Shown piece after piece: positions 37,352 to 51,100 of a DNA stretch of 64,000 nt. The stretch spans positions 26,164,001-26,228,000 of the forward strand of contig JBITNC010000002.1 of the NCBI GenBank assembly GCA_050084985.1. Direction: 5' to 3'. The translations under genes were made by a program, and so were the position numbers. How positions within the stretch are numbered: position 1 is the first letter of the stretch; each line of letters opens with the position of its first letter. The stretch is from Nageia nagi (Eukaryota > Plantae > Pinophyta). Below the pieces are notes generated by a model. The model saw nothing but the letters and a program-made list of their open reading frames with translations, was not told where the DNA came from and did not search any database.

Positions 37352-39195
37352 GTTGCTCTTCCACTAATAGGTTGTTGCTGATTTTGACAAAATCAGATCA
37401 TTATTTATTATTTTTAGACTTGGGCAAAAGTAAGATGGGCCATTTAGAAGGTACAGGACGTCTGGAAAATGTTGATAATGTTCCAAGCTGAAGCAAATGA
37501 ACATTTCAACCAACACAATCTTGTTTATAAGGAGATATGTTGAGGAATATGTATTTGGGTTGAGCAGATTATTTTTCTTGTTGCCCAAGATTGTGCCAAA
37601 AATAAGGATTATAGATGTGGATGTCACTAAGGTGCTTTGGTAGGAGATCTTTCATGATATGGTTTTCAGCCCTTGTAGGTATTTCAGTTTGAATTTTGAT
37701 GATGGTTGTTACATTATTGGGTTATAGGAGAGGAGAGTACAACTTTGGCATGATGGATTCTCAATAATAATCAGAGTGGTGCAACGTCAACATGATGGGT
37801 TTTTTCTGGCATTGCTTGAGGACAAACAATCTTTGGGGAGGGCGAATTGTAATGTCCCCCTTTTTGGGTTCTCTTGCATAGTATTTGGCATTGCCCTTTT
37901 TGGCTATGTGTCAAGCTAATCAGAGGGGTTATTTGATGTTACTAGTGAGCTCAGATGGTCTAGTGGACCCATACGACATTTTCAAATGTTATTTTCAACT
38001 TTTGGTGTGTTCTCCAAGATTCTTGGAGAGAGAGTCTATTTATAATAAGTCAACCAATTGGGTCCGATTCTTATTATTTATCATCAGGATCAATTCCGTG
38101 CGGTCAATTTTCGATTCCGATACTTTTCAACCGTTTCTACAACTTGGGTGTAATATTGAGTTATATTTTAATTAATTTTATTAGGGTGACTATTTTAATT
38201 AAAATATTTTAATGGACACCTTAGTGTTATAGCTTGTTGGAACCGGGATGAAAAGTTTTAAATGTTGGGAGTTGGGTCGCTAATAAAGTGATTTTGGTGT
38301 TGGAAATAATGAATTAGATCATTTTTCGGGGGTATAAGGCTTATTCAATTAATAATGTGATTTTATATTGAGTTTTTGGAAAGTTCCCATAAAAGGCTAT
38401 AAAAAAGGGGTTTGTGAGCTTATTTGGGATTATGCATGTTATTCTATTTTCTCTGATTGAAACCCTTGTGGTTTTTGGGAGATCGAACTTGGTTCATCTC
38501 AGCCTTCTGGAGGATGAAAACCCTCTCAAATAAGAAAACCCTCTCAAATAAGATCAATCTTAGTGGTGAAAGACCCTCCCTAGTTAATACGGTATGGCTC
38601 ATTCAGAGTTATAGGTTGTGCGGAAGGAGATTTATACATCTGGCTATATAGGTCTAGGGCAATATATTTTGTTTATTAATGATATAATGTTTGTGATCAG
38701 AATTGAAGGTTTGCAGAGATTTGGAGCCATTCTCAAAACCCTAGCTTGCTGGTTCAAAGTTCATTTTCAGATCTAAATACTGGGCACAATATTTTTGTTT
38801 GGAGACTTTTTGGGTGACATTATCTATGCTTGGGTTGCTATTAGTGCTGTCAAATTCAACTTATACATCTATTGTTTATGATCATGTGAGTGGTCGTACC
38901 ACCTTGAAAGGCATATCTCACATATGACAAGGTATCAAATCTGCTTAGTTGTCTTAGATCTACCTTAGATCTCATGGATCTACCAATAGATCTCTTGGAT
39001 CTGCATAGATCTTCTGGATTTGCTTTTTGGGTATGTAATATCAATTTGAAGCTAGTTAGCTTTCTGGGTATTGTTAGTTTCATTATCTTTTTGCTGTCCA
39101 AACTTGTCAATAAATTTGAAGTAATTTTCAGTTTTTGGGTATATTTAAATATTGAGTATTTTGGTGTTTATAAAAAAAGTAAGGTGTTTATTACA

Positions 39196-41500
39196 TTGGT
39201 GCTCACTACAACCAACTTGAGACTTCCTCCTACTCTTGTGTATGGTACACAAGACATCCGTGTCTTCTCTTCGTCTGTACTAGGACATTTTCCGAAAGAC
39301 AATTTGAGGTGTAGAGGAAGTGGGGTACAAACTAATTTTACATTCTCTATATTCAAGAATTGCAAAATCTTTTCTACATATAATTTTTGAGATAACAAGA
39401 TCTTCCTTCCTGTTATGCCCTTGTGTATCCTTCTCCCTAAAATTTGGTTTTTTGCTCCTAATTCCTTCATTTCAAATCTTCTAGCCAGTTGAACCTTAAG
39501 TTTAATGATTTTTTTCATGCTAGGGCCTGCAACCAACATATCATCAACATAGAACAACAAAAGAATAAATCTACCATCATCAAACCTCTTATAGTATGCA
39601 CAATAATCAACTTCACCCTTGCTGAAACTTGGGCTTTTCTTGAAGATGTCAAATTTTCTGTACCATATCCTTGACGCATGTTTCAAGCCATATAGAGATT
39701 TCATGAGTCTGCAAACTAAATTCTCTTTGCCTATTTTTTTATAGCCTCTTGGTTGATCCATATAGATCTCCTCAAGATCACCATGTAGGAAAGCAGTTTT
39801 CACATCAAGCTGCTCTAGCTTTAGATTATGTTTTGTAAGTAGATCTCTTACAATAGTGATGTTCACAACTGGTGAAAAGCTTTCATTGAAGTCTATACCT
39901 GACTTCTGCATATAACCTTTTTCCACCAATTGAGCTTTATATTCACTTTTAGCCTTGTTCATATCTACTTGAACAGGCACGACCTTAGGTGTTTTCTATT
40001 CCTTCTTCCTTCGCATGGATTTTTCATTAACATCCCTATTAATAATTACCTTGTGGGTAGTAGGATCCTACAATCTATTCCCTTCACTATTTCTCCATAG
40101 CTGAGAAAAACTCAACTTTTACTAGTGCATGCAGTAAACCAAACTCTCTTTTGTTTTCCAAGAATACAATGCTCACACAAGTCTAAATTACAAGACTTAA
40201 TCCTAGAAAGCATGCCTCGACCATGCAGGATTTTCAATCCCTTTTCACTTATATGCCCTAGGTGTTGATGCCATAGCATCACTACATCCTGAGCATTACT
40301 TGAAATTGCTGCTACATAATGGTTTGTCACTATATCGCCGCTCAAACGATATAGGGTCCCATAAGGTTCTCCTTTTGCTATGACTAGGGCTCTTTTGGTA
40401 ATTTTGCATGAATTGTCCAAAAGTGGTATGAGACCCAAGCTTAATCATGATCTTGATGGAAAGCAAATTCTTTTGCAAACCATACTCATGTCGTACATCA
40501 CACAACATCCTTTCTTTATCATTGTCCAAGGTTCCAACCTAATCCTAATGTCCCCTCTTCCCACAATTTTGAAGGATGTTCATCACCCAAGTAGACTATC
40601 CCGCCACTAAAGGGTTGATATTTGACAAACCAGTCTCTACGTGGAGATGTGTGAAAATATGCACACCAATCTAAAACCTAGGTATTGAAAACAAATATGC
40701 TATTACCAATAGAAAAGCCTCACATGTTACTTCGCTTTTGAATCTATTGTATTGACCTCAACTGATGTTGATTATTCATTTCACCATTTTGTTTCTTCTT
40801 CAGTTGTCAATAGTCCTAGCTTCCCACAGTGCCAACATTTCCCTTTCTGCTTATGTCCTTTTGATTTACATCTCGATTGTGATCTACCTAGTTGACTCCT
40901 CTTGAAAGATCAACCTCTAAGAGCTAGAGCTTCATTGGTAGAGGGTTCCAAAGATGATTTTCGCTTTAACTGTTCTCCCAACAAAATAGCTACAACATCA
41001 TCATTTTTTAGAATTCCTGATAGTGCATTGTTGATGGTTATCACTAAATGATCCCATGTGTCCGAGAGGTAACAAAGTAGGGTGATTGCTTTGTTCTAGT
41101 CATCCATTTTCACATTAACAAAAATCAATTTGTTGATTAGGGTATTGAACTCATTCAGATGATCTTTCATAGTTGAGCCCTCCTACATCTTTAGATTTTA
41201 AAGCTACTTTTTCGTGAAAACCATACTAGTTGTTTTTAGTCTCATACAACTTCTCAAGCCTATCCCAAAGGGCTTCTGTGGTCTTTTCTTCAACAATATC
41301 GAACAAGATGCATTGTAGAAACCGCCTTCCTATCTAGCTTTACCCTCTCCTCATTTTTCATGTTGCTAGGCTTATTCACAACCCCTTTCAAAGCTAGGGT
41401 TTGGTCATTCTGAACTAGCAAATCCTCCACCTTCATCTTCTATAGGGAAAAGTTTCTGCCATGAAACTTCTCTATCTCGAACTTGATTGCGCCTCTTATC
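39196..41500 (-). pseudogene. Degenerate gag, GAG-pre-integrase and RT of the 31149-42182 copia (integrase core largely deleted)
   Basis: ORFs 39168-39980 (RT) and 40112-40438 (GAG-pre-integrase) plus gag remnants at 40700-41500. Confidence 0.88.
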
Positions 41501-42639
41501 ATTGTTATAGCTCCCACTTGCACAAAACCCTAAACCAACGAGTTTCTAGAGAACATGACTATGCTACCAAGTGTTAGAAAATATTAAGCAAGCAAGTTGA
41601 AAACACTAGTGAAATAATAAACAAAAATAAAAGAAGAGATTTATGTGGAAACCCTGCTGTGTGCAAGGAAAAACCATCGAGCAATGGCAACTTCAATTGT
41701 TTATCAATCTTAGAGAACTTTACACTTTTCTCACACTATACCAACTATAAGCGATCATTCACTTTTTATAGAACAACCGTACATTTATTAATAGAACGAC
41801 ACATCTATTAATAGAACAACTATACATCTATTAATAGAAAAACAATACATCTAATAATAGCCACCATGTATGAATGCACACACATCGTACATTCATGCTC
41901 ATATATCTTACATGCATGCTCATATATTGTACATCCATGCACATGACACATCTATTAATAGAACAACTATACATCTATTAATAGAAAAACAGTACATCTA
42001 ATAATAGCCACCATGCATGCATGCGCACACATCGTACATGCATGCGCACACATCGTACATGCATGCTCATATATCATACATGCATACTCATATATTGTAC
42101 ATCCATGCACATGCATTATCATCCACCATGCATGCTTGCTATAGAACATTGGAGATTTGGATATTGATTTCACCTTGTAACAATTTGGTATTGAAAAGAT
42201 TCCCCAAGATTTATAAACTCGTAAAAAATTCTAAATTTGTGCTAATTCTAGAAAAAATGATTACATTTTTTTTATGTTGAAGTTGGTGAAACTCGTGGGT
42301 TTTTGTTTGACTTGAGAATAACTTGCAAGTCAAACAAATTTTTTTGAGTTTGATCACATTATTTGCAAATTGACTTGGTAGAGCTTCTCTAAATTAACTT
42401 AAATTGTTTAACATATACTTGCTGTTTAGCCATGCCAAGTTTTGCTCAGCATTGAGTTCTATGATGCTATTGTCATCTAACTACAATATTTATTAACTAT
42501 AGATATTTCAAATGAATATGAAGCGAGAATAAAACAAAAATGATTGAATAGTTCCAATGTCATGTGCTCCTTGTTATGTGATGCAAAAAAACATAAGAAT
42601 GACACATCATATCATGCTTTTTGAACATTACTTAGAAAT

Positions 42640-43180
42640 AAAAAGTATATTAATGTCCACGGGTGACCAAAAGCGGTCAATGGGACTGAAGTATACATAG
42701 TAGGTATGCTAGCAGTTTGGGGTCTAGGCTGATCCCTAGTAAAGCTAAAAACAAAAATAAACAAAAGTTACAATATGCTGCAAAAAGCGTCAAAACCCTA
42801 TGAGTGAGATCAAAAGTACAACAAGCAACACTAAATCAATTGAGCTAGGGAGAGTGTGAGGACGCTCTCAATGTTGATGCTGTGGTGAGGTCTCTCTGAT
42901 GTAATCTCTTGATGCGTTGGGCAAGGGGGGGTGTCTCTCCCCCCCCTAAGGTCTCCTCTTTCGAGATAGACTGGAAGAAGGATGTAATTGGGTGGTCATT
43001 GCTCAGATGCTGGGTGTGGGATAAGAGGCATTCCGTAGAAGGAAAGCCTTTCGCATGTAAAGTGCCACACATCTCTGATCTATATACAAAGACAATGGTA
43101 CAATCCTCGAATCTCATAATAGATTGGGCATCGAAAAATGAGATGATCCTCAAATTTGGTCTCCATATCGCATAGAGTAT
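42640..43180 (-). mobile_element. Probable 5'-truncated non-LTR (LINE-like) 3' end, copy 2
   Basis: Shares TTAATGTCCAC...TGACCAAAAG.GGTCAATGGGACTG and the ORF tail with 8925-9470. Confidence 0.55.
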
Positions 43181-45122
43181 CAGTTACTTAGGCTATATTT
43201 ATTTATGTCCAAATCATTTTCAATGCAACTGCTGTTAGAGTGAGAAACTATGATATATTGTATTGCACAATCATGCCTATAAATAGGCTTACACCATGAG
43301 TAGACGACATGCTAATATCATTAAATACAATATCTACTATCTAGACCTTATTTAAGAACACAACTACCAAATAGACCTTATTTAAAATATACAAGTGGTC
43401 AAGTGGATAGGCCTTTATTAACCAATTTTAATTAATTAATCTATCCTAATGTATTACATATTCTAACATAATCCCCCATAATACATTAAATCTTGAAAGA
43501 ACATGAGAGGAAGCTGAATGTTTTGCAATGAGACATGGTCACGAATGAAGTGCACTTGTATCTCAATATGTTTGGTGCATTCATGAAGAACAAGATTGTG
43601 AACTAGTTTCAATACACTAAGATTGTCATAATGCAAAATAGTAGGCTTACTTTGTGAAATCCCAATATATGTCAAAATGCGACGTAACTTTATTACTTCA
43701 CATGGAACATCTATAGCAACATGATATTCCGACTCTTTGGTAGATTTTGATGTGATACTCTGTTTCTTGCTACCATAAGAAATTAGTCCACATCCAAAGA
43801 AGAACACATATCTTGTCATTGATCTCCTATCATCCAAGGATCCTCCATAGTCTACATCAGTGTGTCCAATTAAGAAGAACTTATTATTCTTCTTGTACTC
43901 CAGGCCATAACTTTTAGTACCACAGATATATCGCAACACATGGTTATCTGCAGCCCAATGTGCTTTCTTAGGTTCATGCATAAACCTAGAAAGATAGCTA
44001 ACAACATAGCAAATATTTGGCTTGGTATATGAAAGGTAATTTAACCCTCGAATCAACTATCAATAGAGAGTTGCATTTATGTGACGTCCCCCTTGTACAA
44101 TTGTAGTTAATTTTGGAATCCAACGGATTCCCCCCTTTGTATAATTAATTATTTAATTGTGCTTTTAAGTTAGTACTTGGGATAGAAGACTTAATGGGTC
44201 ATTGGACCCCACTGTGAGCCCCAAGTGGGACGTCTCCCTCCCAAGTGCAGTTTAGTGTGTTTTAATGTACTTGGATATCTTGAAACATGATTGTGGGAAT
44301 CCCAAGGTCTATTTAGCACTTAGAGCATGGATGAGCACTTGTACACATGCACCAGCCATGGGGAGACTTCTAAACCCCCACGTTGGTCCATGAAAAAACC
44401 CACGTTGCCCCTTTAGATGTCCATGCATGGAGCATGAGGGAGGCCCATATACCCACGTTGGGCCTGGAATGACTCCTAGGTGCCATCATTGGGGTTTGAG
44501 GGGACTAGGTAATGACATTGAGGTGAGATCTAGATCTAGAAAAGCTATATTAGCCCTTGGAGCCTTATTGCTGGATATACAGATTATTGATTATACACTT
44601 ACCATCTAGAGGACAAAAGTCTTGGCACAACGTCAAGCAAAATCCCTAGGTGCAACATTTAGGAGGGTTGATAGGCTGAGGGATCTGTTAATCTACGGCT
44701 TTGGTGTAGCACCCTAGCCCATCCAATGGTATTATGAGGTCACGCTTCTACCATTCAGTTGGTCGCCAGGGTTTGAGGAGGGCTCCTTCAGTGGAGAGGA
44801 TTTAGATTCTGAGGGAGTGAGGTTGTCCCATTCAGTGTTCTGTCCATCCAGTATTAGAGACATTCGTTGTGCCCTAGTTGGCTCCTTGAGCCCTTGGGGC
44901 CTCGTATTGTATTGTTGCTACTTCATATCATTAATACAACCGTTGGGCTATTGGATATCATATTCGTGATGTGCATACTTGTCTATTCCCATCGTTGGAT
45001 TGTCTTTTCATGTACGTGTTTGTATGAGCCAGACATTGGCATTGTGAGGTTTTGTATATTGATATCAAGTAGTCTTGGCCAGACATTGGCATAATTGCAT
45101 TGTTTGAGCTTTATCTGGATGC

Positions 45123-48100
45123 CAGATCTACAACTAAAGTGAAGAAGTCAGAGTTTGGAAGGGTGGTTTTCCGCCAACTCCTTCAGAAATTCGAAGACAA
45201 TAAAATCCTTTCAGAGGAAATGGAGACTCTTATGGTTCCTAGGTGAGCGACATGAGGAGAAGATGTGCAAGAAGAGGGGGCAGATGTGGGAGCCTAGATC
45301 TGTTCCTCCACAAAAGGCTCCACTAAAGATCAAAGTATTGCTCTAGATCTACCAAGGAACCACCAAATAGTTCTAGAGATACATCACCTTTCAGCGATAC
45401 TAGTATCTTCTGGGTTATGGAGTGGTGGCTTGGAGGAAATCCAATGTTGGAGGGGAAGAGCCAGCCTGGACCCTAATGTCTGGATCTAGACCACCAGGAG
45501 AGGTTAGAGATGCAGCTACTTCATTGGATCTGAAGAACAGGAGTGAGTGGAAGTTGTCTCTCAAATTCAGAACCATCAGTAGCAGACCTGATGTCATTAC
45601 TCAGATTGTATCGACCAAGAAGATGAGTTCCATCGTCTAGAAGTAGGGGATACAATGGGGCTGCATTTTCACTTTGGCCAAGGTGTTGGTATGTTTTTCT
45701 TTCCTCACCTAAAACATGCACAAGACTTGGAGGAAATAGTGTTACTTGTTTCTGCCTGAAAGGATTGGTTACCCCAAGTGCTCACATGGAATATGGACCA
45801 AGGCACAGTGTATAGAGATGCATATTGTTAATTGTATACAAGGGAAATACATCGTTGAAATTCGTTTCCACAAAGAGGAAAGACTGCAAATGTGAACGAA
45901 AGCGATGAAAGATCACAAATGCAATGATAAATGCATAGGAGTACGTAAATAAGCTTATGGAGGTGTCACCAATGATGCAGTATCTCAGTAGGTCATCTCC
46001 AAAATCTTTAAGAAAATGTATTCACTTATCAAGCCAAGCAGCAAATAGCAAAAGCTCAAGCTAGTACCAGATGAGAGCAGGAAGTTGTAGGGTCTATGAA
46101 GGGAGACTCAATGGAAATGGTATCAAGGGAAAAGACCAACATGTGAATCCATAAATTCTAACTGAATGACATAGAGATAAGCTATAGGCCACATAATACA
46201 TCCACTTATATGTAAATCATACAATGAACAATTTAAACCACTTTGAAAGATATTCAACCATCTTCCCTTATAACTCTCAGTTTTCAAAGAGAATGCACTT
46301 AACTAGTAAAAACTATCCAAACCAACAAGAAAATCTTATAGGATAATATGCATGATCCCACGAATGACAATCTTCACAACATTTACTTTAGAAAATCATT
46401 CTAGAAAGAAAGGAACTCACAATGATATTCAACAATATGAATAGAAGCATTCCTTTCTTGATTGCAATACTCTCAATATGATATTCAAAATGAAACAGAG
46501 ACGTAACAATATGCATCCATGATATGCAAAGAATCCCTTATGCAGCAAATCCTTATGCAATCAACAGTATGCAGAAATCTTTATACATGCAATCAGATTC
46601 CAAAAAACCTCCATTTTTAGCAAATGCGAAAATCCTTTATGCAATCAGCATTATGCAAAAATCTCGCTTCTAAATGGCTCGAGTGGGGTATAAATAGGCT
46701 ACTAGAGGTGTTGCCCTAAAGGCATTAGATCTAATATGGTGTGCTTATACGTAACACACATATCGATGCAAAATCTAACTTTTTACAAAATATGCAAGTG
46801 GCATTTAAAAATTGGCAAAATATAAATGCCACAACCTCAAAATGTCTAATCTATCTCTAATCCATGCAAAAAGATAATCAAATATGCAATATATGTCTGA
46901 CATCTGAACTAGCAGGAGCAAAACCTCATCCTTGCATTGGTCAGAGCCATAAATGAGTTTGATAGATTTGATCTGGTGGGAGCTAAACCTCATCCCTACA
47001 CCAGTCAAATCAAGTAAATGAAGTTTGAACATAGAACAACCACCTCCAACAATATGCATTAAACATAAGAAAAGATAATTGCAGAGAGAATCTGCGAGTG
47101 TATCAAATCTAGGCCAGATCTAATCCGGTACTAACAAGGTTCCATTCCTCGTTGGTGATATCGTACGACTCAATGGTGTCATCCAAGAACAACACGATCT
47201 TCCTTACTCCTTTGGAAATCATGCCCACGATACTGTCGTCCTATCTGAAGTAGTCTCCAATCTACCTGGACGTAGCCTTCATCTGAAATTTGCAGATGAC
47301 CATCTGCCTCATGATGAATGGGCTGCCCTGCCTTTAGTAGATTGAGATCCTCAACCTCAAGATGCTCTTGGATCAAATTTTGCACTTTTGCCAAGACTGC
47401 TTCCTTCCTTCGCATGCTATTATCTTCCCTTGGAACTTCAACCGATATACATATTGGTTCATTTGCTCCTCTACTTCCTTTCTCAAAGGGATTTTGACTT
47501 TCAAAACAACATGACACTTCTCCAGTGCATGCTTCAGCTAGTCGTGTTGATACATGAACTTGTGGCAGTAGACTAACTTTTCAAGTTTGTCGACAAAATT
47601 TTGCTGCAGATGGGTGATGGTGGGGAGGTGCGCATCCAACTTCTCAAGGAGGGCAGTTATTTGGGTTTCAACTCTCTGATTTCAACACCTTCCTCAAGGA
47701 GGCTATAGACTTGAGAAGATAACTTCTCAATGGTCTCCATCATCTCTTTCTTCAAAAGGTCCTTCATCAACTCCCATCGCACATGGAAGAGGCTTGTTTC
47801 TTCAACTCTACAAGGGTGGTATTTATAGTCTAGAAGTCCTTTATGATCTTCTTGCTAGCCATGAGTTCCTTCTTGAGTCTTCTCACCTCCTTCTTGGACT
47901 CATAGCCTTCTCGTTCTATGTCAACAACATTTTGAGTAACTATGTGCTTTCTGGTTGTCAAACCTAGCTTTATAGGCATCTTGAATGTTTCTATCATGCA
48001 GTCCTTGGGTCTTTGTGGATGTTTCTTCTTGAAGTAACAATGGCTAATGGAGATCTCCTTCTTGATGTGGAGACAAAAGTATCTACTCTTCTAACCTTCT

Positions 48101-51100
48101 CACCATCGGAGAGCTCATCTTCCTCATCCTTAGACCTTAGGTCCTGATCAATCTCTTCATGAGCCGTGCTCATGCTCAAGGCTCTTTGGCAGGCGTCCAA
48201 GTCAAGATCTAGATCTTCGGTTGCTGGCTTGGGAGGGAGCCTTTGTACCAGCTTTTGGCCTTTACTAATATTCTTGACTTCCTTTGTTGGAGTTGTTTGA
48301 ACAAGGGCAAATTCCTTTCCTTGGTGCTCATCCTACTTGCTCTTCTTCTGTTCCTCGGTCTCTCCTCCATCTTCTTCATCGCCATGACCACCACCTAATG
48401 ATAGAACTTTCTTGCGTGGTTGAGGGGATCTCTTATGGTTAGTCCTCTTCACAGAGGGCTTTTGGGAAGATGAAGGTGACCACTTTTTATGTTTTGCAGG
48501 AGAGGGTTTGGAAGAACCCACTTCCTTGGCACCTTTCACTCCAACAATATGGACTTCATCATAAGTATCAACGTCTATGAACAGATCATCATCATTGTCC
48601 GGGAGAGTTTCAATCTCTGTATCATCAGGTGCAGAAGCACCCACAAATGTTCTCCTCGCCGGGATACTCTTCATCAGCATCATCTTCTTCTTCTTCTTAT
48701 TCACCGCAGCTTTCTTCATCATCTCCCTGGCTCTCTGCCTCTTCTTTTGAGCCTTCTTCAACACAGTCGGGTTCTTCATCAGAGGAGGAAGTAGAGTGTT
48801 TGGAACAACTGGAACTTGGTTGCAATGGGGGAACTTTCTCTCTACATCCAGGAGGACGAGTGGGTGTCTGTGGAGTTTCTTTGACAGGGGAATCACTGGC
48901 ACAAGCTTCCTCCAACATGCTCAAAGGGACATCAGGTAACCAACATCTCTAAGATCAGCCACCACCTGTTGGCTTTTCTTAGTTGCGTAAGTCACCACAC
49001 TGTGTTTACTGGGTCCTGTTGAGACACACTCTCTCAAAGTCCCTTGTCTTTTCCCAATGGGAAGCAAGGATTCCTTGACTTGTGGAGGTGCAACGCTAGT
49101 AGAAGGAGATGTTTTGATCCTTAATGGGACCTTCTTGGATCTTTCTCTTACAGTCCTAAGTCTTTGAGGTGCCTTTTTGTTTGAAGAAGAGCTTTATTTC
49201 TACTCAGAAGAGCATCTATCCTTGTTATCTCGTCTTCGTCATGCACATTTCTATACTTATTCAGATTCCCGAAGGATTTATGCTTGTACACAATAGGTTT
49301 CTAGAATGCAGTGCTATAAAAATGAGCGATAAGACCTCTTAGATCATATTTCCTAGCTGCTGCCCCTTGAAGAAGATGTATTGCTGCAGCTTCTTCATGT
49401 TATTGGCCTCAATCCAAGTATGAAAAACATAATTTGCAATAGAAATAGGCAAGTTAATGGTTGCGTCTTTCTTTCTCAATGCTCGCTCCTTCAAAAACAA
49501 CAATTGTCTGGAAAACTCCATGAGGATCATCCTATCACTAGCGTATCTGGCCAGGAGTAAGGGTTGTTCTTCAGAGCTGTAGACCCTGATGTATGTGTGA
49601 TCAGTATATTGCAAGTAGAAGTCTGCATGTACATTGATGGCTTGAATAGATCAAAGTTCTCTTGACTACTGATTCTCCTTTAATCTCCTTGTAAATGACA
49701 TACTCCCACTGGTCATTCCTCTCATAGCAATGCCGGAATTTGTTGTGATACCACCACTTTGGATAAATCTACCATACTGGGGTGTCCTTGCCTAGATATC
49801 TTTCATCTACATGCTCCTTTGACCTAAACTTACCGTGAAGCAACAAGTACAGTAAGTAAGAATTCATGTAGAACCTTTTGGAAGAGCCAAAGTAGGCCAA
49901 CTGGTGGCGCACGACATCACTGATTACTTTGCTCCATCGAATAGCTCTCCCTGAACTGATCATAGCAATAAATCTAGTGAACTCTTTCTTGTCTTTGGAA
50001 TCATTATCTTGACCAGTGACTTTGGACAACAAAGTGATTAATTTAGCAACTGTAGGAAGGAACTCCTCCCTATGAGCACTAATTAATCTTTAGCCTTGGA
50101 TGCCTTGGTATTCATCACATAACCATCGTCTGATATAATCTCCAGGTCGGGAAGTGGTGTCATGGAATTCTTCTGAATGAGCCAAAGTGTAATCATCTCC
50201 ATATCTTTTCTAGTCGTAGGTAGTTTTGATCCCTTACGAAGAGAAATCCATTATCACGTTCCTTTCGGTGTCCAAGAGAACTCTCTTGTCATATTTACAG
50301 CGTTTAGAAACTTTATAACATAGGTTAGAAAAAGAAACAGCAAAAGGCATCATGGTGGCATTGAACAACCCATAAGAGTGGATGACTTCATCCAACAGGT
50401 CCTCCTTACTGAGGGAGGTAGTGGAGGCTATAGTCTGGATGGGATCAACATTTCCCTAATCTGAATCTCCAACGAAAATGTATCTCCTTTTAAATTTGGC
50501 TTTGGGGAGCTCTGGCTTCTCTCTTTCTTGGAACTCTATCTGACTTTCCCTCATTACCCCTTTCCATCTAGTCATCTATGACATACCTCTCAAAGAGCTG
50601 CTTTTGAATCTTTTTGGTCTTGGTGGAGTAGGCCTTACCTTGGAAGTCATCTTAAAATCTGAAAAATATGTGGAAAACTATAGAGAAAAGCCTAAACTTT
50701 GGTTGGGAATTTCCCCAAATAGGGTCAAGCACCAAACTGGATGTGTTCTGGAAAATGCAGAAAAATGGCCACACGTGAAGGTTCAAGTTGTGAAAACGTC
50801 CTGCAAAAATGAATTGGGACTGCTCTTTATAGAGATCACATGGAGGGTTTATGCATGGCACATTGCATGTATGCCACCTATCTTCTTAGCCCTTTGACTT
50901 CTAGTTTCCTCAATACTTAGCCAATTTCAACTCACAATTCCTAGGGTGCACGAATTTAGCCACGTGCTTTTTCATTGCCTGAAAAACATGCGATCGGACA
51001 CTTGATAGACGAACACATCACTTAGTCAAATCTAGGGCAACAATATTCCATATTGAAAGGTCGGATCACCATTTCATGCTAGGGTGCATGGATTTGGGCA

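Larger units (their letters stand above)
32758..39195 (+). mobile_element. Non-autonomous gypsy-type LTR element carrying a captured PDS5 fragment
   Basis: LTRs 32758-34044 and 37848-39195 (TGTAATG...TTACA); TSD CTGGT/TTGGT; perfect iMet PBS TGGTATCAGAGC 34046-34057; PPT GGGGAGGG before 37848; inserted within the host copia VST-RPD RT motif. Confidence 0.93.
31149..42182 (-). mobile_element. Old Ty1/copia element (Tork/Tnt1-like gag) carrying nested insertions
   Basis: LTRs 31149-~32497 (interrupted) and 41572-42182, both starting TGTTAGAAAATAT; degenerate PBS at ~41559-41569; gag KFHGRNFSL..VEDLL, LWHQHLGH, LDVKTAFLHGDL, YVDDML; TSD weak. Confidence 0.88.
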
